DNA of 62,635 nt, counting the filler. It is 7 parts of 7 records of this genome, joined end to end, with 100 filler letters (N's around TTAATTAATTAA, not from the genome) between each part and the next. Parts side by side here need not be neighbours in the genome. Positions count along the whole stretch, not along the records: positions 1 to 10,225 come from SRR31156797_25855; positions 10,326 to 16,215 come from SRR31156797_25867; 5 more parts are not named here. One strand, written 5' to 3'. Position 1 is the first letter of the stretch. Each line of letters opens with the position of its first letter. Made by a program: the position numbers and the translations under genes. Of this stretch, positions 1 to 11,328 are shown piece after piece. The notes below the pieces were generated by a model. That model saw only the letters and a list, made by a program, of their open reading frames with translations, did not search any database and was not told the DNA's origin.

Positions 1-91
1 TGATTTTTATTATGAAGGGTAGGGCGATATGAAGGTTGCCTATGGATTTTTCTAAGCTAATTACACAATTAATAAGCCTGGATTTAACAGT

Positions 92-2389
92 TTAGACGAT
101 AAATTTGCCAGACATCTCTCGTAGCTGTTTACTGATATTTTTCAGCTCATCCACATTATTTTTTACGTCGCTTGATGCTTCGGCAGTATTTCTGGCTGAT
201 TGGCTTACCTTTTCTATGTCTCCGGCTATTTCATTGGCGACAGTCGAACTGAGTGATACGTTTTCGGTTACCTCCAATATGCCTTGTGATGCCTGTGAAA
301 CATTAACAGCGATTTCCTTGGTCGTCTGCATCTGCTCTTCAATGGCGTTTGCTATAGTTTCTACAATTTCATTTACTTTGTTAATGATTTCAGCCACAGA
401 GAGGATCTGGTTTATGGTGTTTTTTGTAGTGCTTTGAATGCCGCTGATTTCATTGCCAATGGCATTCGTCGCTTCGGAGGTCTGCTTGGCGAGGTCTTTG
501 ATTTCATTGGCGACAACCGCAAATCCTTTTCCAGCCTCGCCAGCCCGTGCCGCCTCGATTGTGGCGTTAAGGGCGAGCAGATTTGTCTGTTCGGAAATTT
601 CGGTAATTGTCTCTGTCACCTTGCCGATTTCGTTTGTGGCGTCGCCAAGGTTATTTATCATCTCGGCAGCCTTGTCAGCCAGGCCCACAGCATCACCTGT
701 GACGGCCCTGCCTTCATTGGTGTTTTTTGAAATACTGTCAATGGTTGCGGTAAGCTCCTCAGCTGCCGCAGCTACCATGTTTACGTTTGTTGAGGTTTGT
801 TCGGCGGCGGCGGCTACGCTAACCATATTCGATGCCATCTCTTTTGCTGAGGTTGACACCAAGGAGGAAACTTCCGTCGTCTCTTGAGCTTCCCCGTCAA
901 GCTGCACTGATATGCTGGACATCCCTTTGGTTGATTGGGCAAGAGAGGCAACGTGATCGTTTACCTTTTGAAACATCGCCCTCAGGTTTGCTGACATATC
1001 ATCAAGAGAAGCTGCAAGCGATCCTATTTCATCGTTCTGGTTGATTTGTAGTTTCTGGGTGAGGTCACCATCAGACATTTTCTGGGCAAAGAGCACACCC
1101 TGGGACATTGGCCTGGTGATGGACCTGGTAAACAGCAGGGCAATAGTGAGAATGATTGCCACGCCTATTGTTGCAACCAAGAGAATGACTTTGAGTAGTC
1201 TGCTGGCAGGAGCAAAGGCTTCGGACTTGTCAATTTCAGCCATCAAGGCCCAGTTCAAGTTTTTGAAGGTCACTGGTGAATAGGCAGATAAAACAGGGGT
1301 GCCGTTGTAGTCGATTACTATTTCAGCCCCTGATTTCCCTTGTAACGCCTTCTCTGATGCTGAAGTTTCTACACTTCCCTTTTCAGGATTGCGGAATGAG
1401 GCACCAACAGAGTGGGTTTTCGGGGCTAGGTATGAGTCGGATCGCATGAGTGAATCAGGGCCGACAAGGTAGGTTTCGCCAGTTTTGCCCATCCCACTGC
1501 GCTCACTCATGATTGAGTTCAGTGTGTCGATGGGAAACTGAAATATTGCAATGCCGATTTTTTTGCCTTTATCAAAGATCGGCGATGCCAGAAATCCTGC
1601 AGGTGCGTCATAGGAAGGGTAGTATTGTTGAAAGTCAACAATGCTAACGCTGTCGTGTGAGGTTGAGGCGTTTGCACCGCGGAAAGCCTCAGCAAAATTT
1701 GTTCTGGCGTAAGGACCGTTTAACAGAGATGTCGTGTAATCAAGCTCTTTAAAAACCGAGTAAATAATATCGCCGGATTCCGGATCAATCAGGAAAATGT
1801 CATAATATCCGAATTTACTCAGGTAGCTCCTGATAATTGAATGATATTTATGATGAATCTTGCTATACGTGCTATTATCATCTGCGTAATCCAGGCTGTC
1901 TTTAGAGCCAAGAGGGTGTTGATTCGCTTTAATATAGGTATACTGTAAGGCTATTGAGACCTCATCAAGCTGGTCGAGTTTTTTACCTGCATTAGGTTCC
2001 AGATCCGGGTTGTTGCTTCGGTACTCAGAACTGAAGTCATTGAGATAGTATGATGATAGCTTTGTCTTCATCGATTTTATGTCGGCAGGTGTATAACCAT
2101 TTTCGTCAATAAAGTTATCATAGCTACCCCTGAACTCCCGCATAGCCTCGACGACCATTTTGTTTTCGGAAAAGGTTATCATCTGGTCATTGAGTGTCTG
2201 TAGATACCTCTCAACCTGATTCTTTTTAATATCCCTGATGCTTACAAGCTGATTGTATGCCAGAGTCGATAGGGATGATTGTGCATTATCCAGAGAGATT
2301 GCACTCACGACTATAAGAGGCACTACCCCGCTTAACAGAAATATGAGAATGAACTTGTAGACTAATCGTAGGTTTTTAAACCGAAACAT
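92..2389 (-). CDS. Methyl-accepting chemotaxis protein (two TM helices, large Cache-type periplasmic sensor, HAMP, MCP signal domain)
   Basis: 765-aa ORF with the MCP signature [40 protein letters not shown], a HAMP-like segment (ITRPM...GDL...DEIG) and two hydrophobic spans. Confidence 0.95.
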   Translation of the reverse strand: MFRFKNLRLVYKFILIFLLSGVVPLIVVSAISLDNAQSSLSTLAYNQLVSIRDIKKNQVERYLQTLNDQMITFSENKMVVEAMREFRGSYDNFIDENGYTPADIKSMKTKLSSYYLNDFSSEYRSNNPDLEPNAGKKLDQLDEVSIALQYTYIKANQHPLGSKDSLDYADDNSTYSKIHHKYHSIIRSYLSKFGYYDIFLIDPESGDIIYSVFKELDYTTSLLNGPYARTNFAEAFRGANASTSHDSVSIVDFQQYYPSYDAPAGFLASPIFDKGKKIGIAIFQFPIDTLNSIMSERSGMGKTGETYLVGPDSLMRSDSYLAPKTHSVGASFRNPEKGSVETSASEKALQGKSGAEIVIDYNGTPVLSAYSPVTFKNLNWALMAEIDKSEAFAPASRLLKVILLVATIGVAIILTIALLFTRSITRPMSQGVLFAQKMSDGDLTQKLQINQNDEIGSLAASLDDMSANLRAMFQKVNDHVASLAQSTKGMSSISVQLDGEAQETTEVSSLVSTSAKEMASNMVSVAAAAEQTSTNVNMVAAAAEELTATIDSISKNTNEGRAVTGDAVGLADKAAEMINNLGDATNEIGKVTETITEISEQTNLLALNATIEAARAGEAGKGFAVVANEIKDLAKQTSEATNAIGNEISGIQSTTKNTINQILSVAEIINKVNEIVETIANAIEEQMQTTKEIAVNVSQASQGILEVTENVSLSSTVANEIAGDIEKVSQSARNTAEASSDVKNNVDELKNISKQLREMSGKFIV

Positions 2390-3124
2390 GCTGGCCCCTT
2401 ATTATAATGCCCGTGAGTTATTGAAAAATGAAAACCTTCCGTATTTCGAATTGAGACAAACCTGAAGCAAGATGTGGGCCACAAAGTGTCACAAAAAACT
2501 GGTTGTTTTAATCGTAATAAAGCTGAGGGTCGATTGGTCCGGTCAACAGGGGTAACCGAATAAAAATTCGCTGGAAGGGTTCATTGTTGACGGTCCGAGG
2601 AAAAAAGCTAATACTATTTGCTTGATTAAGGAGAAAGTAGTTTACCGGGTTACTTAACAAGTTTGTAAGGTTGTCTAGGTTAAATTTCATTATTGTAATA
2701 TAAATGGAAATTCATTTGTTGCTTAGGGAGTAAGATATGCGATGGTAACCTTAACCGCTTTAAAGACTCCGCCAATTAAGATTCTCCTGAGATGGTAGGA
2801 AGACCTGTTTTCCTGTAAATGCTTAGAAATGGAGCAACTGCTGACGTTATCTTGCCAAAGATAAGGTGCCGAACTTCTCCTCCGTCCTATACTTGACCTG
2901 CTTCCGGTATCTCCTAAGGAGTACCAAGAGTGGAATAAACTAAATCAAGTTGGCGCGCCCCCTGTTATTGTTAGTAAAGAAACAAACGCTATTGGAGGAT
3001 ACCCATTAATTATGATAGTATATTAATAAGTTGGATGCCATTTTCACTTTATTGTATTACTGGCAAGTATACCGTTATGGAGCAACTATTTAGATCCAAT
3101 TATTTCAAAATCATTTCAGATTGA

Positions 3125-3769
3125 ATGAACCAAATGCAATTTTTTGAAAAATCGTATGCTGTTCTAAAAAGTGTTATCGAGAGCCCGAGGAATGTGAACA
3201 TTTTTGCCCTTGATTGCCAATATCGGTATATTACCTTCAACCGACGCCATAGCGAGACTATGAAGCAAATTTGGGGAGCGGATATTGTTATAGGCAATAG
3301 CATGCTCGGTTATATTCCAAACCCTGAAGATCGATTGAAGGCAAAACATAATTTTGACCAGGCCTTATCTGGTGAGTCCTTTACCTTAGAGGAAGAGTAT
3401 GGTGACACGGAACTTGAGCGCAGGTATTATGAGAATAACTACAACCCCATTTTGGATGAAAATGGGGCCGTTTGGGGCTTAAGTCTATTTCTAACTGACA
3501 TTACGGATAAAAAGAAAACGGAAGAAGAGCGAAATAAACTACTTGTTGAGCTTCAAAGCTCCATTTCAAAGGTCAAAATGCTTTCAGGGTTACTTCCCGT
3601 ATGTTCGAGCTGTAAAAAGATACGTACTGACGAAGGGGATTGGGAGGTTATTGAGGCCTATATTAAAAAACATTCGGAAGCTGATTTCACCCACAGCATC
3701 TGTCCAGATTGTGTAAAAAAGCTTTATCCGGATCTCTCTAACAAAATTCCTACCAAATCAATCCGCTAA
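3125..3769 (+). CDS. PAS-domain protein with C-terminal CxxC...H..CxxC domain
   Basis: PAS/PAC-like N-terminus (IFALD..YRYITFN...PILDENGAVWG..DITDKK); tail LSGLLPVCSSCKKIR...FTHSICPDC is typical of deltaproteobacterial signalling proteins. Confidence 0.8.
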   Translation: MNQMQFFEKSYAVLKSVIESPRNVNIFALDCQYRYITFNRRHSETMKQIWGADIVIGNSMLGYIPNPEDRLKAKHNFDQALSGESFTLEEEYGDTELERRYYENNYNPILDENGAVWGLSLFLTDITDKKKTEEERNKLLVELQSSISKVKMLSGLLPVCSSCKKIRTDEGDWEVIEAYIKKHSEADFTHSICPDCVKKLYPDLSNKIPTKSIR

Positions 3770-4171
3770 ACTTTCACTGCTTTCCTTGCCACATAAGATT
3801 ACCTCTTTTTTATTGCTGACCAGATTGCTTTAACAATGATGGCAAACCAATTCTCTATCAGTACACCATTGTTGTCAACATATTGGTAATATTAATTCTC
3901 GCAATATCCAAAGACTATGCCTGTAGTCAATAACGCAAGGCCTAATAAAAATATTTTTTTTTAGAATATTCTTCATTTTAAACTGGGCGGTGAACGAGGG
4001 AGTTGAACCCTTGCCCCTATCAATTATTCCAACGTTTGCGGGGAAGGTGACAAGCATGGGGCAAACGAATTAGGAAGGGGAAACTGTATTTGCTACTGGC
4101 AATCTAGCTTTACATTTACCATGGCCTATCACTATTTGACTTGGAATGTCGCTTTTTCAAAATCAGTTGTT

Positions 4172-4912
4172 CTAATTGTACTTATCGAGAATTAGCTCAA
4201 GCCCACCTTCCCTTTTAAACTCACGGATAGCTTCATCAAACTGAGGAATAACCCTTGTAAAAGGAGACAGTTTTCCAACAACGAGGTGAAAAGGGAGCAG
4301 TTCCGAAACACCATCTAACTCAACAATACGATCCTTGAACCCAAGTTGTTTTATGTGGTACCTTGCAACGTGTGACATACTAACTGAAACGTCGGCCCTG
4401 TTGAAAGCCAGCATTTTATAAATAGTGCCATGTTCCGTTGCTAAAAAAACATCAAATCCTTTTTCCACTAAATTCTTCTGAGCCCACCCACTGCCACGGT
4501 TATCGACAAATCGAAAAGGCCTTAACTCTTCTAAAGAAATTGCTTTCCTGATCTGCGAAAGATTAGCGTTTTTCGCCCCTACATATAGAAGATGCTCCAA
4601 ATAAATCGCTACCTCACTGCTATGGTCAGCCCATTCGCTACGAAATGGACTATTGGTTATATGGGCATCCATTTCCCCAGTTTTTACAAAACTTTGTGCT
4701 CTTTTCCAAGGGTATCCATTATGAGACACTTGAATTCCCATTCGCTCATGTATAACAGCGTTTACAATATCAATCAGAATCCCTTTCATTTGACCATTTT
4801 CCTTCCAGGAATAAGGCCTTCCGGTCTCCTCGTAAGCAAACTTCATCACCTCTTCCGCATATGTAGGGTAAACCACAATTAAAAGGGAAATAAACACCCC
4901 AAAGATTTTCAT
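4172..4912 (-). CDS. Periplasmic substrate-binding protein, family 3-like
   Basis: Signal peptide; PYSW..NGQMKGILIDIV, YPWKRAQ and ML..NRADV motifs; C-terminal GGLELILDKY. Confidence 0.8.
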   Translation of the reverse strand: MKIFGVFISLLIVVYPTYAEEVMKFAYEETGRPYSWKENGQMKGILIDIVNAVIHERMGIQVSHNGYPWKRAQSFVKTGEMDAHITNSPFRSEWADHSSEVAIYLEHLLYVGAKNANLSQIRKAISLEELRPFRFVDNRGSGWAQKNLVEKGFDVFLATEHGTIYKMLAFNRADVSVSMSHVARYHIKQLGFKDRIVELDGVSELLPFHLVVGKLSPFTRVIPQFDEAIREFKREGGLELILDKYN

Positions 4913-5138
4913 TTAGCTTTCCATATGCTCCATAGTTCCACAAAAGTATCTCTAGGGCGATGCACAATAAGCTTGCTACTCCCTAGGGACGCTGATTTTT
5001 TTAGCACGCTATAGCGCAGATTTTGCTGGGTACCCTTTGTAGGATTTACGTTAAGAATACATACAACTGAATTAGAACCGCCACCACGCTTGCAACCGAA
5101 TCTTCAGGCCTTATCAAGGGCTGTCTCCATTAGATTCG

Positions 5139-5726
5139 TTATGAGTTTTTCTGCCAATCGTATTCCATTTGCAGTGCAGTCTTTTCAGCGAGTTCTAGGG
5201 ATTGCAGCTTACTGACAAGATACAAACTCATATCAATGCCTTCAGATATCTTCGCTGAGGTTATTATACTGCCTTCATCGACCCACCTTTGGTTTTCAAG
5301 GACATGTAAATTTGGAAAATTCTGCTGGAGGTTAGGGATATCCTCCCAATGCGTTGTTACGGCATGACCAGACAAGACACCTGCTTCAGCCAGTAAAAAT
5401 ACACCTGTACAGACTGAAGCTACTAATTTTGCCCTTTTTGCAGTGTGTGAAATCCAGTTTAATACATTGCTTTTATTCATTTCCGCAGTATGTACGCCAC
5501 CAGGCACAAGAAGTACATCAATGTTGGGATGGTTTTAGAAACCAAAGCCAGGGCTAACACTGAACCCCGCACGTGCAGTAACTGACGTTCCCGTTTCGCT
5601 GACCAAAAATACACGGAAGGGTTGGCCTGGGCCCGCAAGCCTTGATGAGGTGGAGAAAGCTTCAAATGGACCTGCAAAGTCTAAACCCTCAGCTTGGTCA
5701 TAGATATAGATACCGATGTTTATCAT
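5139..5726 (-). pseudogene. DJ-1/PfpI (ThiJ-like) protein interrupted by an in-frame TAA
   Basis: ORFs 5535..5726 and 5139..5507 are in the same frame and read ...GFGF*NHPNIDVLLVPGG...SVCTG...TTHW; stop at 5535-5537. Confidence 0.85.
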
Positions 5727-5920
5727 TTTTTTCTTGTTCTGTTCGCATCATAGTTTCTCTTTGATAGCCCTAACTCATCCGTTATTGGTAACTTCTTTTC
5801 ATCAAAATATCCTAGCATTCTTTGTCTGAAAAAGACTCGCCAAATCCCTTCTCCTAATTCTTACAAACCTACATGCTTGTCAATCAGACTTGTGGAGACC
5901 ATGATCAACTTGGTTGATTT

Positions 5921-6154
5921 TCATCGCAAATCACCAATTTTGGTTACTCTTCTAACTTCGCAATACTCATGGTAAACCCATTTCTCGATTTTCTCTTTAT
6001 TCTCTCTGGGTGAATCGGTGTGAAGGGAGCCTGGCGTTTCAAGTTCAAGAGCGGCATGTGGCCTTTCAAAGTTATACTCATGAACAAAACTATTAGGTTT
6101 TCGTTGCTGTGCACGAAGGTTACAGCCAGATGGTCTCATTGTTTCCCCTTCCAA
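5921..6154 (-). mobile_element. Remnant of an IS481/IS3-type transposase (integrase-core C-terminus)
   Basis: HEYNFERPHAALELETP matches the YNxxRPHxxL motif; no N-terminus or inverted repeats seen. Confidence 0.7.
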
Positions 6155-6224
6155 GCGGAGGTTAAATCAGCCCAAAGTTACTGTTTCATCTTTTTTTAGG
6201 GAAGCCTGAAAGAACGAATTCTTA

Positions 6225-7259
6225 TCACTTCACCTGTCCATTTTTAGGAGCAAAGAAAATACATTCAGATCCGGATGGGAGAGGAAATCTTTGGGAGATC
6301 TTAAATCCCTGGGATGATGCAATCGCACTCAACTCCTGTTCGTTATATGTCCTTCCGTTATAGGTGTTAATAAGCATATGAATATCATAGAGCGGTCCAA
6401 TCTGCGGGGTATCGGTAAAGAAATCATGGACAATTAGCAGGCCGTTTCGGGCGGTCTTTTCCATGGCGTTGAAGAACAGGATGGAGGTCTCCTCCTTTCC
6501 CTGACAATGGACAACGTTAGAGAGCAAAACAATCTGGCAGGATTGGCTTGAAATCTCTTTCATTGATGATTGGTGCGGCTCAAGGTAGTTGCATGGATGG
6601 AAACGAATTCTTTCGTTTACAGGAAAAAGAACCTCACTTCGTGCTGCATTGGCAACAACAACGGGCAAGTCACTGAAGATCCCTTGCCATCCGAGGTTCC
6701 TGTTCAAAAATTCAGCAAGAAATCTTCCAGAGCCAGCACCGATGTCAAGTATCGTTCCATGTGGTTCAGGGGTTAGGTGATCCCAGAGCTCAACAGCACG
6801 GGTCGCAGCAGCCTCATCCATCGCTCCGAGGTATTGTGCATATGCCGCCTGTAGTTCCTTTTCTGTCTTCTCTTGAGTGTCATGGGTTCGCCTACCAACA
6901 GTGAGTGTTTCGCCAAGATTCTGCCAGGAGGTGAGCAATCCCTGTTCAAAATCAAGGGTGTTGCCCTGGTAACTGGGCGATTCAGGACTGAGGAATTTTT
7001 CCGAGAACGCGCTCAGACTGTATACCCCATTTTCCTGATGCAAGAGCCCTGCTTCGTGCAGGGCTCTTAAACCACGGCCACCGGAGTCAAAATCCCAACC
7101 AATATTGGTGCAGATCTCATCGGCCGTTGCCTTGTTTTTACTGAGATATTGGAAACACCCAGCCTGATGGGCTGTAATAAGCAGCATGGCTGGACGGTAT
7201 CCTGTCAGCAGGTTGATGAATGCATTGAAGGAAGAGGGGGCTGGAGCGATTGTATCCAT
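6225..7259 (-). CDS. SAM-dependent O-methyltransferase (dimerisation + Methyltransf_2 type), probable BzaC-like 5-hydroxybenzimidazole methyltransferase
   Basis: ILDIGAGSG, LLSNVVH and GRTY motifs; its ATG overlaps the cobT stop (TAATG); lies in the bza operon. Confidence 0.7.
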   Translation of the reverse strand: MDTIAPAPSSFNAFINLLTGYRPAMLLITAHQAGCFQYLSKNKATADEICTNIGWDFDSGGRGLRALHEAGLLHQENGVYSLSAFSEKFLSPESPSYQGNTLDFEQGLLTSWQNLGETLTVGRRTHDTQEKTEKELQAAYAQYLGAMDEAAATRAVELWDHLTPEPHGTILDIGAGSGRFLAEFLNRNLGWQGIFSDLPVVVANAARSEVLFPVNERIRFHPCNYLEPHQSSMKEISSQSCQIVLLSNVVHCQGKEETSILFFNAMEKTARNGLLIVHDFFTDTPQIGPLYDIHMLINTYNGRTYNEQELSAIASSQGFKISQRFPLPSGSECIFFAPKNGQVK

Positions 7260-8323
7260 TATGATTCCTGGGCGTTGTTGATGCCAACTTCATCAAAGGT
7301 TTTGATTTCCGCCAGTACCCTGGTTGCTGCATCCATAAGGTGCATTGCCATGGCTGCTCCTGTCCCCTCACCGAGACGAAATTGCAGGTCGAGCAAGGGG
7401 GCGAGTTCAAGGTGCTCATGCATGAACCTATGTCCGGCTTCAACAGAGCTATGGGAGGCAAAGAGGAAAGCTTTTGCCTGCGGTGCCAGGCCACAGCCGA
7501 TAAGCGCACCTGCCGTTGATATCAGACCGTCACAGACGATAGGTATTCCATGGGCTGCAGCTCCGATCACCAGACCTCCAAGGGCACCGATTTCATAGCC
7601 GCCAACCTTGGCAAGTATATCGAGGGGATCGTTTGGGTCTGGTTTATGAAAGGTTATTGCCTGCTCAATGACCTTAATCTTGTGGTTAAGAGCAGTGTCA
7701 TCAATACCTGTTCCCCTGCCGGTAAGTTTTCGGACAGGCAGACCGGAAAGTACAGCAATGATTGCCGTGGAGGGGGTAGTGTTGCCAATACCCATGTCCC
7801 CGGTACCAAGAAGGTCGACATCGCCCTCGGCCACCAGTTGATCGACAATTTCAATCCCGGCTTCTACAGATTGTATGGCCTGCTCCCTGGTCATCGCTTG
7901 GGTCTTCAACATATTTGCAGTACCCATACCGACTTTTTTATGAAAGATAGGTAAATCGGGGGCAAACTCGTGGTTGACCCCAATGTCTGCAACCTTGACG
8001 TCGGCTCCGCAATGGTTTGCGAGTACACTGACTGATGCACCGCCATTGACAAAGTTATAGACCATCTGAGGGGTTACCTCCTGGGGAAAAAGGCTAATCT
8101 TCTCCTCAACCACGCCATGATCCCCGGCGCAGGTAACAATAACTTTATTGTTCAACTGGACATCAAGAGAGCCCTTTATTGAAGCAAGTCGAGCAGAAAG
8201 GGGTTCGAGGATACCGAGGCTGCCCTGGGGTCTTGCCTGGTCAGCCAACCGAACATTGGCTTGTTTTCTGATAGCAGGGTCAGGAGGGGATATTGCTTTT
8301 ATAGCAAGTTGTAATCTGTTCAT
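7259..8323 (-). CDS. cobT: Nicotinate-nucleotide-benzimidazole phosphoribosyltransferase
   Basis: GSLG.LE, GDHGV, GDMGIGNTT, VGGYEIG and RLGEGTGA motifs; start placed at MNRLQ (8323). Confidence 0.95.
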   Translation of the reverse strand: MNRLQLAIKAISPPDPAIRKQANVRLADQARPQGSLGILEPLSARLASIKGSLDVQLNNKVIVTCAGDHGVVEEKISLFPQEVTPQMVYNFVNGGASVSVLANHCGADVKVADIGVNHEFAPDLPIFHKKVGMGTANMLKTQAMTREQAIQSVEAGIEIVDQLVAEGDVDLLGTGDMGIGNTTPSTAIIAVLSGLPVRKLTGRGTGIDDTALNHKIKVIEQAITFHKPDPNDPLDILAKVGGYEIGALGGLVIGAAAHGIPIVCDGLISTAGALIGCGLAPQAKAFLFASHSSVEAGHRFMHEHLELAPLLDLQFRLGEGTGAAMAMHLMDAATRVLAEIKTFDEVGINNAQES

Positions 8324-8394
8324 TTTTATTATCCTTGAGGGTCGGCAGTGTGACCCGATCAAATCGAATCACACCTGTGAAAAAGAGATCAGGC

Positions 8395-9720
8395 TTATGC
8401 CTTCTGCTTCTCTGATACCTTGTCGCCGGCGATATCCTCCTCGAAAATCTCCATCCCTTTTTGCATGGCGCAGAAGTCTCCACACATGGTACAGCTCTTC
8501 TCCGATTCCGGTGAGCGTTCTTGTCTCACCTGCTTTGCCTTATCCGGGAACAATAAATATTTCTCCAGGTCCTGCCACCGCATGTCTCTTCTGGCCATTG
8601 CAGCCAGTTTTTCATTGTCCCGGCGATCAGGATATTTGGCCACATCACCTATGCGTACAGCCAGTCTGGTGGCACGCACGCCCTCACGGACGTCGGCTAC
8701 ATTGGGCAGGGCGAGGTGTTCTGCTGGGGTGATGTAGCAGACCAGGTCTGCTCCGTAACGTGCTGAGTTTGCAGCGCCAATAGCTGATACGATATGGTCG
8801 TAACCAGCTCCAGAATCAAGTGGGAGTGGTCCAAGAACGTAGTATGGGGCATTTCCACTCATCCGTTTTTCCAGCATGATGTTACCCTCAATCTCATCAA
8901 GCGGCACATGTCCAGGTCCTTCGACCATCATCTGACACCCCATTTCACGCCCGAGATCAGCCAGCTCGCAGTTGATGATCATTTCGGCCATCTGGGCACG
9001 ATCATGGCTGTCATGGATAGCCCCGGCCCGAATACCATTGCCTAAAGAGAGTACAGCATCGTATTTTTTCATCAGGCTGCATACACGATCAAACTGTTCG
9101 TACAAAGGATTTTCACGGTTGTTTGCGTCCATCCAGGCAACCATAAAGGTGCCTCCCTTGGATGCTAGCCCTCCATAACGGAAGCCTTGTTTTCGTAACC
9201 GTTCAATTGTGTATTGATTGATGCCGCAATGAATAGCCATAAAACTGAGGCCATCGGCTAGTTGTTCTTCGATCAGGTCAAAAAGGTACTCAGGATCAAG
9301 TTTGGAAGGGTTGCGATACTTCCTGGCCGTTTCTTTAAATGCCTGGTAAAGCGGAACATTGCCAACCGGTAGGTTAGATGCGGCCAGGACCTCACGCCTG
9401 ACAGCGTCGAGATCACCACCGGCACTGAGTTCCATGAGAGTATCAGCACCTTCCTCTTCAGCTGCAATCGCTTTTTGTATTTCAGCCTGGATGTCGCAGA
9501 TATCGGATGAGGTGCCGATAGAGGCATTAACCTTGGTCCGAAGTGAGGTTCCGATGCCCACTACCTTCTGCAGGGGGCGGTTCGGGTTGTTGGGGATAAC
9601 GATTTCGCCTTTAGCGACGAGATCACGGACTGTTTCTTCGTGCAGGTTTTCCTGCTTGGCAACAGCAATGATCTGGGGGGTAAGAACCTGTTCACGTGCG
9701 AGTTCAATCTGGGTTTTCAT
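8395..9720 (-). CDS. bzaF: ThiC-family radical SAM enzyme, probable 5-hydroxybenzimidazole synthase
   Basis: TKVNASIGTS, MVEGPGHVP, YITPAEHL and C-terminal CTMCGDFC (CX2CX4C). The upstream B12 riboswitch and downstream cobT indicate bzaF rather than thiC; start at MKTQIE (9720). Confidence 0.85.
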   Translation of the reverse strand: MKTQIELAREQVLTPQIIAVAKQENLHEETVRDLVAKGEIVIPNNPNRPLQKVVGIGTSLRTKVNASIGTSSDICDIQAEIQKAIAAEEEGADTLMELSAGGDLDAVRREVLAASNLPVGNVPLYQAFKETARKYRNPSKLDPEYLFDLIEEQLADGLSFMAIHCGINQYTIERLRKQGFRYGGLASKGGTFMVAWMDANNRENPLYEQFDRVCSLMKKYDAVLSLGNGIRAGAIHDSHDRAQMAEMIINCELADLGREMGCQMMVEGPGHVPLDEIEGNIMLEKRMSGNAPYYVLGPLPLDSGAGYDHIVSAIGAANSARYGADLVCYITPAEHLALPNVADVREGVRATRLAVRIGDVAKYPDRRDNEKLAAMARRDMRWQDLEKYLLFPDKAKQVRQERSPESEKSCTMCGDFCAMQKGMEIFEEDIAGDKVSEKQKA

Positions 9721-9765
9721 CTCTGTATTTCCATTGTTGTGGTTGAGCACAGCCTCTGGAAACAC

Positions 9766-9808
9766 AAAAAGGGTTACCAAAAGGCTGCTTTGCCTTTTAG
9801 AACCCTTT
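9766..9808 (-). terminator. Intrinsic terminator in the riboswitch expression platform
   Basis: Minus strand AAGGGTT-CTAAAAGGC...GCCTTTTGG-TAACCCTTTTT lies between the aptamer and the bzaF start. Confidence 0.7.
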
Positions 9809-9837
9809 GCCATCGTGTTCTCGCAACTTTCCTATTG

Positions 9838-9985
9838 CATACGTCTTCTGACTTCCGGCTGATATGCTGCCGCGCCTTCCCGATACTGTTAACAGCATCA
9901 GTGGCTGCCCAAGGGGCATGCAGAGCATCTTCCGGTTACAGCGGCGGGACCGTCTCGGATTTTCACCGTGTTCCGTTTATGCAAT
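9838..9985 (-). promoter_or_regulatory. Cobalamin (B12) riboswitch
   Basis: Minus strand GGAA-CACGGTGAAAATCCG..ACGGTCCCGCCGCTGTAA...GCCACTG...GGGAAGGC...AAGTCAGAAGAC contains the conserved elements including the B12 box; boundaries approximate. Confidence 0.92.
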
Positions 9986-10225
9986 AACTATTCTGTATCT
10001 TTGGTACAGATTATTTACCATTCGTTAGACCACTAAACAGCGTGATCGTCAAATATTTTTTCCTTTCGTTAAGGATGAAAAAAGTAAGGAAATGGGGAGG
10101 GGCCGGGTTTTGCTCTCCATCAGACATGGTCAGTTTCGCGAACCAGACAATACTCGTATTGTATCTCTCTTCTTGGATAGCAGATAAAAAGCAATGTAAG
10201 CGACTTAGGAACACCATCTTTTCGT

Positions 10226-10325
10226 NNNNNNNNNNNNNNNNNNNNNNNNNNNNNNNNNNNNNNNNNNNNTTAATTAATTAANNNNNNNNNNNNNNNNNNN
10301 NNNNNNNNNNNNNNNNNNNNNNNNN
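10226..10325. other. Artificial contig spacer
   Basis: 100 nt: N-run + TTAATTAATTAA (stops in all frames) + N-run. Confidence 0.99.
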
Positions 10326-11243
10326 CCCATTCAGAATGAAGAAATAGGAGCTGAAGCCAGGGGGCGCGAGATAGTCGGCGCGCTCCTCCATAAGTTCCGC
10401 GTAACGGGGAGGGAAGGCATCGGGGGCCAGCCAATCCGCTTCCCGGTCCCGGTATCGCTCCAGAGCTTCCGTCCTGCTCCCGGGGACGATGATCCTGATC
10501 CCCCCCGGAGCACTGGAGGGCCGCCCGTCGGCGACGGCCCCGTCGGCTCTCCGTTTCAGGATAATCAGCCCCTCTTCCCGTCCTTCCAGTTCATATGCGC
10601 CCGAGCACCTCAGCCCTTCAGGCAGCCCGTAAAGGGAATCTTCCGCTTCGAAAAGTTCGGGGGGATAGGCGTAAAAGGCAGGGGCAGCCAGGATTTCCGG
10701 CCCGCAGGGCTTCTCGAACGCGAGCTCCAAATCGTTCTCCCTACCAATGCGTATCCCCAGCCGGTCCTCCCCCAGATCCCCTTGCAGAAAGCCTCGGCCC
10801 CCCCTGATGTGGGAAGCCAGAAAAGAGGCCGCGGGGCTGTCACTCTTCAGTACGGCGATCCAGGACGCCCTCAGCTGGGAAGCGCTCAGGACCGATCCGT
10901 CGCTCCAGAGCGGCCGGCCAAGCCGGATACGACAACTCATCCGGTCGGGAGAGAACTCCCAGTCGGCGGCCAGGGAGCCGACAAAACGCCCCGCCCCGGG
11001 ATCGTACTCCAAAGGTCCCGTAAAGAGCTGGGCCGCCAGGATCTCATCCGCTGAATTTCCCGCCCCCGGGAATGGCTTCTCCCTTGAAGGCTCCATACTG
11101 ATAAGGGTATAGGCGTCCGCCCCTTCCGGAAGAGGACCGTCCTTCGAGGACTGTCCGCTCCCTTCCGTTCGCCCCGTTCCGAAGGCAGGGAAAAAAGAAA
11201 GAAAAAATGCAGCTACGATCAGAAAAAATCGAGTGGAATCCAT
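10326..11243 (-). CDS. Peptide ABC transporter substrate-binding protein, family 5 (3' truncated)
   Basis: LFTG..EYDP...GSLAADWEFSPD, WSDG and SGAYEL motifs; runs into the spacer. Confidence 0.75.
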
Positions 11244-11328
11244 ATTTACAATCATAAAAGAACATCCTCATCTCTGCCATATCAATTCTGTATACACAGC
11301 TGTTTTATAGCTTGCCAAAATACCTCAA

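Noticed and set aside
3060-5790. Possible integron cassette array (short unrelated genes; CATAAC at the DJ-1 stop; CGAATC/GATTCG inverted repeat)
   Set aside because: I could not pair convincing RYYYAAC/GTTRRRY boxes, gene orientations are mixed and no integrase is present
8395-9813. Annotation as thiC with the 472-aa start
   Set aside because: The B12 riboswitch and cobT context favour bzaF; the extra 31 codons run through the riboswitch terminator
10226-10325. TTAATTAATTAA as a biological repeat
   Set aside because: Artificial all-frame-stop linker embedded in N-runs
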